A DNA stretch of 64,000 nucleotides from Monocercomonoides exilis PA203. Its lineage: Eukaryota; Protista; Preaxostyla. The translations under genes were made by a program, and so were the position numbers. The stretch is taken from assembly GCA_001643675.2 (NCBI GenBank), contig LSRY02000014.1, positions 1 to 64,000 on the forward strand. Reading direction: 5' to 3'. Below the pieces are notes generated by a model. It had not been told where the DNA came from. It saw only the letters and a list, made by a program, of their open reading frames with translations, and did not search any database. This document shows positions 1-13,320 of the stretch, in pieces (the stretch's first letter is position 1; every line of letters begins with the position of its first letter).

Positions 1-1647
1 TAACCTAACCCTAACCCTAACCTAACCCTAACCCTAACCTAACCCTAACCCTAACCCTAACCCTAACCCTAACCCTAACCCTAACCCTAACCCTAACCCT
101 AACCCTAACCCTAACCCTAACCCTAACCCTAACCCTAACCCTAACCCTAACCCTAACCCTAACCCTAACCCTAACCCTAACCCTAACCCTAACCCTAACC
201 CTAACCCTAACCCTAACCCTAACCCTAACCCTAACCCTAACCCTAACCCTAACCCTAACCCTAACCCTAACCCCTAACCCTAACCCTAACCCTAACCCTA
301 ACCCTAACCCCTAACCCTAACCCTAACCTAACCTAACCCTAACCCTAACCCTAACCCTAACCCTAACCCTAACCCTAACCTAACCTAACCTAACCTAACC
401 CTAACCTAACCCTAACCTAACCTAACCCTAACCTAACCTAACCCTAACCCTAACCCTAACCCCTAACCTAGCCTAACCCTAACCCTAACCTAACCCCTAA
501 CCCTAACCCTAACCCCTAACCCTAACCCTAACCCTAACCTAACCTAACCCTAACCCCTAACCTAACCTAACCTAACCCTAACCCTAACCCTAACCCTAAC
601 CCTAACCCTAACCTAACCCTAACCTAACCCCTAACCCTAACCCTAACCCTAACCTAACCCTAACCTAACCTAACCCTAACCTAACCTAACCCTAACCCCT
701 AACCCTTCTTCTAACCCTAACCCTAACCCTAACCCCTAACCCTAACCCTAACCCTAACCCTAACCCTAACCCTAACCCTAACTTCAACCCTAACCCTAAC
801 CCTAACCCTAACCCCTAACCCTAACCCTAACCCTAACCCTAACCCTAACCCTAACCCTAACCCTAACCCTAACCCTAACCCTAACCCTAACCCCTAACCC
901 TAACCCTAACCCTAACCCTAACCCTAACCCTAACCCTAACCTAACCCTAACCTAACCCTAACCCTAACCCTAACCCTAACCCTAACCCTAACCCTAACCC
1001 TAACCCTAACCCTAACCCTAACCCTAACCCTAACCCTAACCTAACCCTAACCCTAACCCTAACCTAACCCTAACCCTAACCCCTAACCCTAACCTAACCC
1101 TAACCTAACCCTAACCCTAACCCTAACCTAACCCTAACCTAACCCTAACCCTAACCCTAACCTAACCCTAACCTAACCTAACCTCAACCCTTCTTCTAAC
1201 CTAACCTAACCCTAACCTAACCTAACCCTAACCCTAACCCTAACCCTAACCCTAACCCTAACCCCAACCCTAACCCTAACCCTAACCTTTAACCTAACCT
1301 AACCTAACCTAACCCTAACCCTAACCCTAACCCTAACCTAACCTAACCTAACCTAACCCTAACCCTAACCCTAACCCTAACCTAACCCTAACCCTAACCT
1401 AACCCTAACCCTAACCCTAACCCTAACCCTAACCCTAACCCTAACCCTAACCCTAACCCCTAACCCTAACCCTAACCCTAACCCTAACCCTAACCCTAAC
1501 CCTTAACCCTAACCTAACCTAAACCCTAACCCTAACCCTAACCTAACCTAACCTAACCTAACCTAACCTAACCTAACCCTAACCTAACCCTAACCCTAAC
1601 CTAACCCTAACCCTAACCCTAACCTAACCTAACCCTAACCTAACCTA
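1..1647. repeat. Telomeric repeat array (CCCTAA)n, i.e. TTAGGG on the minus strand, with CCTAA and CCCCTAA variants; chromosome end
   Basis: Continuous CCCTAA-type repeats from base 1 to ~1647. The C-rich strand reads 5'->3' from the end, as expected for a left chromosome end. Confidence 0.99.
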
Positions 1648-1936
1648 TATTTTTGGTAAATTTTCTTCAAAAAAAACATATATTTGTATTTACTCATAAT
1701 TAACAATTTTGCCGTTGTTTTTGGTGGTTTTTTCATTTATTTCATCTTTTCATGCATCCACAAAATATTTAGCTACAAATCATTTTCATAAAAAATAAAC
1801 CGTTTCCGTAAAGAGAATGCACTCTCAATAAAAAAAAATAACACTTCATCATATTTCATTTCAACAAAAAAAAGATAATAAAAAGTTAATCTCAGAATTT
1901 CAATTATTTTCTCACTTCAGTTTGTGCGTTGTGCAG

Positions 1937-4345
1937 TCAAAATAAAATAAACAACAAATAATTTTCTCCCAATGCTGATCCTGTTTGTGATGGTTCAGCG
2001 AAAAGAGGCTGTGATATTTTCATGTTTTCAATCTCCACATCAATCGTCTTCAATTGTTTCAGTGCCACTTCAAACACACACTTCGTCATTCCACTCCCAC
2101 CTGATGTCGAAGAGTCGATCAAAACATCCTCCAGCAAAAGAATCCCGCTTCCCACAGACACCACAAACACACTCGGCGATGAGCTTCTTGTCGCGTTGTG
2201 GTCGATCCCCACATGTCCCACCTCCAGTTGACCAGAAGATATGCTAAACAGCGTTGCCGAAGTCGAAAGGAGCGAACTCGACCCAATCACACTCACTGTC
2301 TTCCCTCTCCCTGTTATTGTTATCTTCTTTTCCCCAACATTGATTGTTGTAACTTCGCTCACATGATTCCCATTCAGAACTGAAATACCGAAACTAATTA
2401 AATTATAGCATTTATTCACGCAATATCCAATCGTTTTACAAGGAATTGTCTCATTCATTCCACACAATTCATTCGAGTCATTTCCATTCTCTCCAACAAA
2501 TAGTAACTTTCCATCCTTCAACCAATCCTTCTTTTCTGTATGTTGATAAGCACTTCCGTATGAATAGCAAACTCTCGTATCATTGCCATTCGTTGTATAC
2601 GATTCATAGAACGGGTTATTCAAAGAGAAGAGATTGTTATTGTCTTGAAAAAACACATCATGGCCATATGGAGTGGAAGTGTTGCAACTGCAATCGTGGA
2701 AAAAGAAGAAATGACAATAAATGTTGTTACTGGGAGGTGTTGATTGAACTGGCCTGAAATCCAATCCTCCGCCATATGATACAGCTGAGCACGAAATAAA
2801 TTGGAGACTCCGCATTTTGAATCCAGCTGGAACATTGCCACATTTCATCCCTCCGCCAAATCTATTTGTTAGTGAGCACGAAGTGAACAAACACTCAAAC
2901 ACACAAGCGCTCTCTCCTTTGCCGTTTTCTGCTCCAAAACATGAAGATCCAGAAAACTGAAAAGTTGAAAGTAAAAGTCCTCCTCCAGCACCATTTGCTT
3001 TGCATTTATGGAACTCGCAACCACTGATCCTGACACATGATTTAATATTATTAGCATACATCCCTCCTCCATAATCTTTTTGAGCGGAACAAGCATTGAA
3101 TGAGTTGTTCTCAGCCTTGACTGAACTGATCGAATTGCAAAAAATTCCTCCCCCTCGACTGTATGCACAGCAGTCATTGAATGAACAAAATTTCACTGAA
3201 AGTGTTCCTGATACCTTGTTATGCATATTAATCGCCCCTCCACTCGAAACTCCATCAATTGTATAAGATGACTTTCCACTAGTTTTTGAGCCATTCCACA
3301 CACACCAAGTAAATGAATTCGCCCCATTATCTGTCTCATTCTGTCTCCCTGGTTTCGATGGATTCCCTTCACTTCCACTGACTGCAACATTCCCTGATCG
3401 ATAGCACCTGATAAATGAAGTATTTGAGGCAGACAAGGATGATGAAGGGCTGTTGAGTGAGGGGACAATGCCCCCATCATACACATCCCACACCGATGAA
3501 AATGAGCACCCACTCATCAGAAACGAGGTTTGGCCCAGCCCTTCACACAGATGTGAAGCTTTCGATGGATTTGTCGAGATGTTGAAGAATTCCAATTGGT
3601 AAAGACACACAAAGTGCGATGAGATGAATGGGACTGAAGACACACAAAAAGATGAGAAATGAGAAGAGCAAACAGAAATATGGCATTTCTCCGAAATCTC
3701 CCCTTCCATTGCTTTTGAAGAGAAAAGTGGAGGGAATATCTGTTCAGTCGAGGTTGAAGTTGAGGTTGAAGACGATTTGAGTGAAATGTTGGTGAACAAT
3801 CCACAGCTCCCACACAAATCAAAGGGCGATGTCACTCTCTCAACTCCAACAACACATCCACTCACTTCAACAAAACATCCATCCGATGCTCTGAGCACAC
3901 TCTCCCCACCGATTTCCATCAATCCCAATGAATTCAGTTTCATTGATGAATTGACCACAACAACACTTCCCTCAACCCCACTTCCACCACACACACCCTC
4001 CTTTCCCCACATTTTCCACTCATCACAAAAACCCCATTTTTCACCTTTCCCAATCTCTCCACTTCTCTCATTCCATTGTTTAGTGCATTTCTTCATCATT
4101 CTCTCTTCTTTCGAGGTTTCTCTCACCCCACCTTCTTTTCCTTCAATATGTGTGTCAAATAAATGGCCAACTCCAATTTTGTTGTTTTGAGCCTTCTCTT
4201 TCCATGTGCCTTCTGGATAATCCAATTCTCCTTCTTTCGCTGATTCCTCAACAAATCCTGCTCCAACACTTGTAGCACCATTGCACACGCACATCACACT
4301 AATTATCCACACACAATATAATATTCCTGACAGCCCCAATACCAT
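1937..4345 (-). CDS. Cys/Gly-rich parallel beta-helix (pectin-lyase/Pmp-like) surface protein, C-terminally truncated, telomere-adjacent
   Basis: ORF 1937..4420; likely ATG at 4345 with a hydrophobic signal-like MVLGLSGILYCVWIISVMCVC. Repeated FxxCxAxxxGGG[IML] motifs and a CGxxxxxPCKTI module, as in the 42043..48444 protein. No transmembrane helix or kinase tail. Confidence 0.75.
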   Translation of the reverse strand: MVLGLSGILYCVWIISVMCVCNGATSVGAGFVEESAKEGELDYPEGTWKEKAQNNKIGVGHLFDTHIEGKEGGVRETSKEERMMKKCTKQWNERSGEIGKGEKWGFCDEWKMWGKEGVCGGSGVEGSVVVVNSSMKLNSLGLMEIGGESVLRASDGCFVEVSGCVVGVERVTSPFDLCGSCGLFTNISLKSSSTSTSTSTEQIFPPLFSSKAMEGEISEKCHISVCSSHFSSFCVSSVPFISSHFVCLYQLEFFNISTNPSKASHLCEGLGQTSFLMSGCSFSSVWDVYDGGIVPSLNSPSSSLSASNTSFIRCYRSGNVAVSGSEGNPSKPGRQNETDNGANSFTWCVWNGSKTSGKSSYTIDGVSSGGAINMHNKVSGTLSVKFCSFNDCCAYSRGGGIFCNSISSVKAENNSFNACSAQKDYGGGMYANNIKSCVRISGCEFHKCKANGAGGGLLLSTFQFSGSSCFGAENGKGESACVFECLFTSCSLTNRFGGGMKCGNVPAGFKMRSLQFISCSAVSYGGGLDFRPVQSTPPSNNIYCHFFFFHDCSCNTSTPYGHDVFFQDNNNLFSLNNPFYESYTTNGNDTRVCYSYGSAYQHTEKKDWLKDGKLLFVGENGNDSNELCGMNETIPCKTIGYCVNKCYNLISFGISVLNGNHVSEVTTINVGEKKITITGRGKTVSVIGSSSLLSTSATLFSISSGQLEVGHVGIDHNATRSSSPSVFVVSVGSGILLLEDVLIDSSTSGGSGMTKCVFEVALKQLKTIDVEIENMKISQPLFAEPSQTGSALGENYLLFILF

Positions 4346-5740
4346 GCCTCTCCAACTGCTTTCTTTTCTTTTTTCTATAACAGAATAATATGGGCACTTC
4401 AACAAAAAAATAATATTCAACTTTTGTTGAATGTTATATTATTATATAAAAATGAATATTCTCATATATTGTTTTTCAAGTTCCATTTTTTGATCCAATG
4501 AATAATAGAGAATGATTCATCCATTTTTGTTGATGTTCTGATATTTCAGCCGTCACTTTTTGTCCAGCAATATCTGCCTCTGAGATGGAACAACACATGA
4601 TTTGGAGCATATAATTTTGATGGCTGTATTTTCATGAGAAAAGGCATCTGGAAAAGAAATGAATGATGTGAAGATTGATGAATACAGATGAACAGAAGAG
4701 ATGCGAGCGATGGAAGTTTTGCTATTCTGCTCCACATGAAAATGTATGTCGTTTGGTGGATTTTTTGTGTTATTTTTATTTGAAGAGATTTTCGATGTTT
4801 TGAAAGAAATGATTGTTTTTGCCCAGATTGGCCGAAATGGACACATTTGGCAAAAGGGATGGGATGCCTAGAACATGGTTATTCGAGCATTGTGGCTGAG
4901 ATTTTGATGTGCTTTTCTTGCAGAAAGAGATGGGATTTCAGTTCAAGGGAAAAAGGTCAAAATGGACAAATGAGTAAAAATGGATCCTTTTTTGTTGAGT
5001 TAAAGAGGATGCAGGATATGATGCAATTTTCAATTGGTATGAGACAAACTCTGTTTTATTCGAATCTTTTCATGAAAAAACTTTTTTTTATTTTTATTTT
5101 CTCAAATTATAGGAATATGAAAGTCATGATAGAAATGTCAGATAGATTTTGTTTGCTGGGAGAATTTCTTTTGGAGAAAGAGATTGAAAAAGAAAATGAG
5201 GAGACAGAAGCAGATTGAAGGCTATTTGCAAATTGGAATGCTATTGAAGAGGAGAAGATCAGACAGAATTGATGATTATGGACGCAAAGAATGGAAGAAG
5301 ATGTCATTGAAACAAGTATTTCGAACTCTTCTTTTATCGACCTTCATTCATCATTGTTTTGGAAGAGAAAAGAAAAGAAATGGATTTCCATCCGTATTAA
5401 CATATTCGCTGGAATGATAAAGGAATGAATGAAAGGAAAAGAAGGCAAACTTTTTTGCAGATGATGATAATTGCTATGAAAAAGCAGAACCAAATTCAGC
5501 GGATGAGCTAGAATTTGAAAGATATTAACGATGGGCTTTCGAATGATATGTTTGCGATTAACTGACAAGAGGAGAGATTGGAAAGTGGAAGGCTTGTGTG
5601 TGTTTTTTTTTGAATTTTTTATATATTTATTTCTCTGATGCTTTTCTATTTTTTATTCTGTGTTTGTAAGTGTGCTTCATAGGATAATATTCTGATTATT
5701 CCGTTGTCAGTTGAGTCGGGGTTGTTCGCGCATTATGCGC

Positions 5741-8064
5741 TTATTCTATTGGCCACCAATTTTGTTGTAACGTCACCATTTGTGTCTTTGCTAGCGCAGT
5801 AGCTTTTGATGAAACTGGGAGCGAGATGTATGGGCAGTTTGCGGATGAAAAAAGATGTCTCTTCAGAGAAGAGGGCATTTGGGTGTTTGTGTTCAGCGCA
5901 GCGCTTCGAGTCAGACGAGCAGGGTTGTTTGAGGATGTCTTTGGAACAGCCATCGACCAGGCGCTTTGGATGCTTTTGACAGTCGTCTTTGGTCCGATGC
6001 ATTTGGCACACTCAGTGAATGCTTCTCCATCATCATCATCATCTTCGTCTTCATCTTCTTGTTCTTGTTCTTCTTCTTGTTCGGCACTTGCCCCGCAGCT
6101 TGTCCCGTGCACTGCATTCTCTCTGGGGGCATCGCTGTCTGTCCTCAGTGCTCTTTCTCTGTCGCATTAGCAGTCGCTTTTCATTCACTGAAGTGGGTTG
6201 CCTTTGAGCAGAACAGAAATGTGGCGGATGAAGTACCTGATGGCAGAGCAGCAGCAGGCGGCACAGCAGGGCAGCTGGTCTTTGGAGCTGTCATCACCTC
6301 CCTCACCGTGTGACACTTCGGCAGATGTGTCTTCGCTTGCGCTTCCGAAGCTAGGGATGTATCATTATAACTTGGTAGCATAGCTGTTGGTGAGCTGTGT
6401 TGTGGGCTCTTCGTTCCACAAGCCATATGGCTCGCCTTGCAGTGTTATGTGCGGCTCCATTCCTCCTCTCTTCCCCTCTAAAGCAGCATCAACAACATCT
6501 GAAGCATCTGGTCCAAGCATGCTAGGCAAACCGTCTGCAGCTTATTTCATCGCGCCAGCTGCACATCTGATCACTCCACAGCAGGCAGAGTGGCTATTCG
6601 AGTGCACCTCATTTTGGATGTGCATTTGGCACAGAAAAATAATACTATTTTCTCTTCTTCTTCTTCTTCTTCAGCTTCAACTCATCCCTCAAACACAGCA
6701 ATCGCAATCGCTTCGAGCAAAAAATTCTCGTCAGTTTTTCTAATCTCCGCCTCTTCAAGTGCGTCCTTTACAATCCCACTCGCAATCCGCACAACAACAT
6801 CTCGAGCCATTGCTTGATCATTCTGCTTCCCATCATATGCCTCGACTGCGTTGAGCGAGGCACCATCAGTGCAATTGCAAAAGGTAGCAGCGGAGGACCA
6901 AATAGATCGCAGATCGAAGGAAATGCATTCACATCCTCCTCAACAAAGATCGGCTTGCTCCCAGACTTCGTTCCCACTGACAATGCGAGCGACAGAAGCA
7001 GCGCAACCAGCGGAACTGAAAGGAACTCCAAAATTTTCATATAGATCATCGCAACATTATCCCCTTAGGATCTACAGCTTCGGCTTCGATAGAAGCAGCA
7101 ACGGAGACAGCGGCATATTCTGTGTATCGACCTCACTGATTCTGGCACAACAATCCGCAGGAGCCTCTCATTGAAGTTGCTCAATACTCCTTCTAAATAT
7201 GTGACACTGCCACAATCAATGCGTCCAAAGGGTTTATTGCGGGTGGTGATGAAGATATCGATTATGACTACGATGATTATGATGATAAATGTTTATTCTC
7301 TTCGTTTCTCCGTACAACATGAATCGAAAAACAAAAAGAGAAAACAAATGACAAAGATGAAGACTCAGAGCAAAGAGACAATGGCTGATGTGCACTGGAT
7401 GCAAGAGACTTTTTGAGACTCCCTCATTGCATCAGGCTTCAGCCCCATATGCAGCACAAACAATTCATCCACATTTCAATCTGCAATGCCGACTAGCTGC
7501 TTTAGCTCACAGTTTTTAAGTGACAGGAAAAGATGGACAGGATTACTTCAGGCGAGACGTTGAAATGAGAAGAGGAAGAAGAATTAGTAGCAGAAGTTAA
7601 TGACCAAGTTGAATCCGCAATTGAGATAATAGCTAAGGTGAAACGTCAATGTTCTTCACAAGCTTAAGATTAAATTAACTTGTGAATGTCTATTGTATGC
7701 CTGATTCGTTCGTCCCAGCCGAGTGATGGCAGATGAATGTGAAATCGTTTGCTTTTATGATATCCCATTCTTTCCACAGCTTTCACTGCAACCCCAGACA
7801 CTTCTCCTCCCGCTCTGCTTGTATCTCCTCCAGCTTTTGCAGGAACCATTGTCTTGTCTGAAATGTCTTCCACCTTCTTTGAATGACGGTCGCTGCCTTT
7901 CCTTTCGGTGATTCTCGATGATATAGGCACCTTGCCAGCCACATCCGCACCACTGACTGTATGGCAGTTGCTGCTTTGTCTTCTCTCTTTCCTTGCTTGA
8001 AGCGCTGCCCAGGCTGCCTCAGACACGCCAGCACAGCATCGATGTTCACAAGGCAGCTCAGCAT
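5741..8064 (-). pseudogene. IQCH: Degenerate IQCH-like (IQ motif-containing H) gene
   Basis: Two IQ motifs (AATAIQSVVRMWLAR, AATVIQRRWKTFQTR), then IQCH-like blocks HIHLPSLGWDERIRH and LSVPLVA..LSVGTKSGSKPIF...SICDLF. The blocks are spread over different frames with stops. Boundaries approximate. Confidence 0.65.
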
Positions 8065-8478
8065 TTGCTCTTCTTTCAGACGGGCATATTTAATGCAAGT
8101 GGAACGATGTATTGCAGGAGACGATTGTAGTTGAGAAGAGACTTATGAAGGAGGGGAAGCAGACAAAGCGAGTTTTGATGTGGAGCAAATATTTCTCACA
8201 AAGACTGTTTGTCACTTTTCGTTTTTAGAAACAAATAGTGGGGTTAGAATGAAAGGAACAACAAAAAATCTGTAATAATAATAATAATTCAATAATTTTT
8301 GCCTGATTTCTTTTATTTTTTGGAAATTGTTAAAGATTGAGTTTTTAATTTGTGTATTGTAATTTTTTTAGAATATTCTGTTTTATCATTTCGATCATTA
8401 TCGAATTAATTATGGCTCATTTCGAGAATTTTCGATCAATGCATAAAGCCAAATTTGGAACGAATATCTTAAGAGTGA

Positions 8479-11400
8479 ATCTTATTGATTTTGAATGCAT
8501 TTGAAACCAGTAATGGAGGATTAACTGGTGGAAGCGTATCAAACATTTACTGAAACGATGTTTTAAATCAATGTTATTTCGGATTGAAGAACAGCACACT
8601 TCACTTGCAAGACGTTGCAATTGATATTGGAAATTCTGGAATTATCTTGAAGGCAGACAAAGGAAGCAATTATCTTTTAAGGAATTTGCCAGTGATTGTT
8701 GATTCAAAAAAGAAAGATTCATTATTGTGCTCGGAAGGATATGCGCAAGCAATAAATATGAGTATTACCCCAACGGCAAAATCAGAGAGTTTGCATTGTA
8801 GCATGTTCAAAACGAATTTTCTTGGTTCTTTTGAGATCACTGGATGTTTATTTCAATCTGTGGCATTTTCAGAAACTTCTTTTGTACAAAATGGAAGAGC
8901 GTCGTCTCTTAACGTTTTTGATTGCACATTTAAGAATTTTTCTGCTTGTGAAAAAGGAGATCAAGACAATGTTGGGATATCGTGTTATTCCAAAGATACA
9001 AAGATAACTGGATGCTTTTTCGAAAAGGTTGATCCTGTTGACGGGAGTATCTTTCCTCATTACGGAATCCCTGGGGAAATATTTCATGAGCTTTATAACA
9101 ATACATTTCTGAAGTGTCAGCGAGGGATTATCAATCACCGAAAGAACGAACAAATATCCGGAGAAACTTTTATTGAGCGTCAAACTCTAAGTTCGGCAGC
9201 CTCTGATGCCATATTTATTGATTGTACGTTTCAGCAATGCTCCTCCGCAACAGATAATGGAGGAGCCTTTAGTGGCGAAAGCAAAGAAGTTCTTGTCAAA
9301 ATGAAACAATGCTTTTTTGATCGATCCAAAGCTGAAAATGATGGATCGGGTGGAGCTGTAGCTATCGGAATTACAAGTTCTTTATTCATCCAATCATGCA
9401 CATTTTCTCACTGCGCTGCAGATGGAGCAGGTGGTGGAGGGGTTTATGCATATTCTGTGAAGGGATGCCTCATAATTTCCGGCTGTATTTTTGATGAATG
9501 TAATTCTCATGATGGTGGAGGGATTGATATCGAGTACTATAACAGCATATGTAATCCAGATACATGCACCATATATTCCTCAATGCGAAATAACGAAGAT
9601 ATTGCCTTTAACGACAACGAAAATTGTCAGTGTAATATATATTTGTGTGTCCTTTTAGTGGATGCTCAACAGCTGGAAAAGGCGGAGGGGCATATATCAC
9701 CAGAAAGAGAGCATTTTATTTCTTTGAAGTATTATTTTCACAGTGTACAGCAACATCTGGTGGAGGGTTGTATTTTCAAATCAAGGACGGTTCACAAGAA
9801 ACTGCAAAACATGAAATTCAAAAGACTTTCTTTGATAAATGTTCCATAGCATGTGGAACGGGTCATGATGCATTTATTTCCGATGTAGCTGGATTAGTTG
9901 GCGATTTGTTTTTGAATTGCAGCAGCAGAACGAACTATCCTGACGAAGTTAGAGTGTTTTTGGAATGCACGGAATCACATCCAAAAAATGAGTGGATTCC
10001 TACTGTTGATCATGGTCCAGCAGGTTGAATTTCGTGTGAAGGAGAAGATATAGATGGATGTGAAGGTTTTACCCGAGCATGCGCATCTATAAGCTATATT
10101 TTGGAGAGGAAAGCGGACGATAACGGCATTTCCATTGAACTAATAGGATCAACTTCTGTCGAAGGTGAGGAATCAACCACAGGAATAAATATTGCAACAA
10201 AAAATTTAATGATAATTGGAAAATATGATGAATCATCTAACGCTGTATTTGTTATCCCTGAAATGGTGATCGACAAATACTTCTTTAATGTGTCTATGAG
10301 AAAACTGGAACTATTGAAATTTGATGTGAGTGTTCCCGGTGCAACGTCTTCGATGGTGCTTCTTTGTGGAACAGGAGAACTTGTGATGAAAAACCAAAAT
10401 ATCAATGGAAAATCAACAGTTAAATACACGAATTCTCTAATAACAGCTGCATCGGGGAAAATAAGCATGGAAAGCGTCACAATTACAGAAATGCGCCCAG
10501 ACAGAATGAGAATTCCTCTTATTTCATTGAATAATGTTGTTGCATCTCTTATGATGTGTGATTTCGAGACAGGAGCTGATGAAGCGTTTGTTGAAAGTGA
10601 TGGCGAAGGTGAGGAATTCTTGTGCTCATACAAGACGGGTGTGGTAGAAGTTGCAGGAGATTCTACAACTATCGATAGATGCACTATAAAATTTAATTCT
10701 CTGATTGGATTAAAAGTTGTTGGAACACAAGTATTCATCAAAGATTCAGACATTACGGATAACACTGTGAGATACGAAACAAATATTCTTAATAGAAATG
10801 TTGCGTGCACAAGCGGTGGTTCAATTAATTATCAAGCAAGCGACAGTTCATTCCTTCAAAAAGTCCAGCACTGGGTGAATGACAGGTGCACAATCAGTGG
10901 TAATATTACGAATGTGGATTCGCCTTTAATTAAGCCAACTATCCGTCAATTGACATGCAAGCCAGAATCAAAAATCTCTAGAGTTGAAGTTTTGTTTATA
11001 GGAACTGATTTCATTTCTTGTGCCATTAGAATTGAAGGAAAATGCGAAAGCGAGCTAGATGAAGCTTATCGTGTTGCTGATTCGATGACATTTACGGAAA
11101 CTGAAAGCGTTGAGGCTATATTAAACTTAATTACAAGACAAAAAGTTTCAGCTTTCAAAAAATCAAGCTCAATAAACTCAACTTCTTCAAAATCGAATGA
11201 AGATTCAGCATCAGACAAAAAAACTGTAATTGCTATTCGAATGAAATATTTAATAATACCAAATTTATCTGGCGGATCGATCTGGGATACCTCAGAGGTT
11301 GAAAGCACAGTTGCAACAACGTTTATTGTTGAAGACGATGATCCAAATCATCCAAAGCCAGATTCAAAAGATCCAAAAACAAAATCACCAAAAAAAGGAG

Positions 11401-11552
11401 TAATTATTGGAGCTACATTGGGAAGTATTTTGGGAGTGATAATAATAGTAGCGATTTGTGCAAGTGTTTGCGTATGTTATCGCAGACATTATTGTTGCTT
11501 TCAAATTAAAAATCGTAAATATAATGATAATGACGAATATTCAAGATATTAA
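8479..11552 (+). pseudogene. Disrupted type-I membrane beta-helix surface protein
   Basis: ORFs 8584..9849, 9645..10028 and 10101..11552 join into one protein via a frameshift at the TGTGT run near 9645 and an in-frame TGA at 10026; there is another in-frame TGA at 8551. It has GGA/GGG beta-helix repeats and a C-terminal TM helix (GVIIGATLGSILGVIIIVAICASVCVCY) followed by basic residues. Confidence 0.7.
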
Positions 11553-12612
11553 GAAAGTGAAAAAGAAACTGAAATGAATGTTGTTACTGACAAATAGATT
11601 CCAATTAGAATTATCTGCAAAATCTGTATTATTTCATTTTTATGTGTATATATGCACCTTATTGAAATTTTGTTTCTATGTTATTTTTTTTTATTAAATA
11701 ATATTTTTAAAATCATCACTTTTCGTTCAGTAAACAGAATTAATATTCGTATGTATGGAATCATGATTATTCATCCGAAAAGAGTACTGAATATATTCCG
11801 TTTTGTTTTTAGTTTTCGCCAGTATTTTTTGTTGATGAATATTCATTTTTTTGCTTCCAATCCACATTATAATAATATTTTTTAAGTTTAATATCTATGT
11901 TTTTCTTTTTCTGTATTGTAACCGCAATTGCTTGTTATAAAACATAATTTAAAAAATAATGAAAAAAGTCGGAATTTTATATCAGTTTGATTTGAAATAT
12001 CAAAGGTTTAATTATTAAAAAAATAATGTGCATAATTTTACTCAAATAATCTTATCAATTTCGAAAAGAAAACGTTTTCGATTCTTGTTGTGGATTACTT
12101 ATATTTTTCTATTCAAAAGTTATTTGTTTTTAGAAATCACATGTCTTTTTGAACATGATTTGTGATACAACGTATGGTTTAAAAATAGTTGTTAAAAAAA
12201 CTTCACTTTTGTTTTTTTTAATCGCTTAAAAGTTTTGTCGAATAAAAACAAAATCTCATGCAATGGAAATGAAAGCATTGTTCAGTGCATATTCCAATCG
12301 CAATCGAATGTTATTAGTGTGAACAGAAATATATCCACTATATATGGGACAAAATATTTTTATTCAGGCATTTTCATTGAAAAAATATGCACTTTTCATT
12401 GATTTTTTGAGATCAAAAAACAAAATAAAAATGGGTCCATTTTTTGGCATTCATGAAATATTGGAAAACTTAATGTTTTGATTTCTACGATGCCTGTTTT
12501 CGGATATGAAAATCAAATTTATTTTGAAATCTGATAAAGTTTAAAAAAGTTATGAGCGAAACTATATTTTCATGCTTTGTGCATAAAAAGCTTGATAGTC
12601 CGTATTTTCCCC

Positions 12613-13320
12613 CATATGGGTGATTATTTTTTCAATCATAACTTTTTTCGTGGTGTTGATTTTTCAAAGGTTGTTTGCCTTTGTGAAGAGATTTTGTGTT
12701 CGAATGCTGAATTCATAACAACTGTTTCAAAAACAAATATTTTTGCTCAAATAACGATGATAATGTCATTTGAATGTGTTTTCATTTTTCTATGTTCTTT
12801 TTTTGATGTTCAAGGGAAATTTTCGAACCGAAAGGTTTGAAAGAATAAATTTTTCTTTCAAAATTTATCACCCGTATGCTATTCTTTTTTAAGAATCACG
12901 AATGTTTAATATTTGAAAAAAAAAAAAAAATATCTAGGAAAATTTTCTGTTTCCTCTCACAAAACTTCACTCGAACGAATGAAACAGTATTGTCAAGTTT
13001 GAACTTCCGATTTAGAGAAGTTTCGTGAATGGGAACTGAAATTTGATCAAGATATGAGTTATTATTTTCGAAATCATATTTTTTCTGTCAAAAATTTCTG
13101 TTGGAAAATTTGAAAAGAATATTCATAAATGGACCCTGAAAAGTTATAGATTTTTTTTAATGATGAAGCTTCTATTTTTTCAAATCAGATTTTGGCTTTT
13201 GAAATGAATGATAAACATTTAATGTTTTTTTTTTGATAAATGTTCAGCAAATAATTATGAATTTTCAAAAAAATAATAACACCGAAAAAAGTTATGATTT
13301 CATAAATAATCACCCACATG
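12613..13320. mobile_element. Non-autonomous (MITE-like) relic bounded by 38-bp inverted repeats
   Basis: 12613-12650 CATATGGGTGATTATTTTTTCAATCATAACTTTTTTCG matches the reverse complement of 13283-13320 at 34/38. No credible ORF inside. Confidence 0.6.

Noticed and set aside
700-1200. Two identical CTTCTT interruptions in the telomere (~705 and ~1190), suggesting telomerase template read-through or internal duplication
   Set aside because: CCCTAA->CTTCTT is a documented nanopore base-calling artefact in telomeric repeats, so it cannot be taken as biological without accurate reads.
4500-5600. Coding-like relic sequence (also ~18400-19400, ~32300-32870, ~58400-58800)
   Set aside because: Composition suggests decayed genes, but no motif could be recognised to support a call.
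8551-10028. In-frame TGA codons (8551, 10026) and the in-frame TAG at 17381 as evidence of stop-codon reassignment or selenocysteine
   Set aside because: The same genes also carry frameshifts. Intact genes here end in TAA or TGA and have long frames free of internal stops, so ordinary pseudogenisation under the standard code is simpler.
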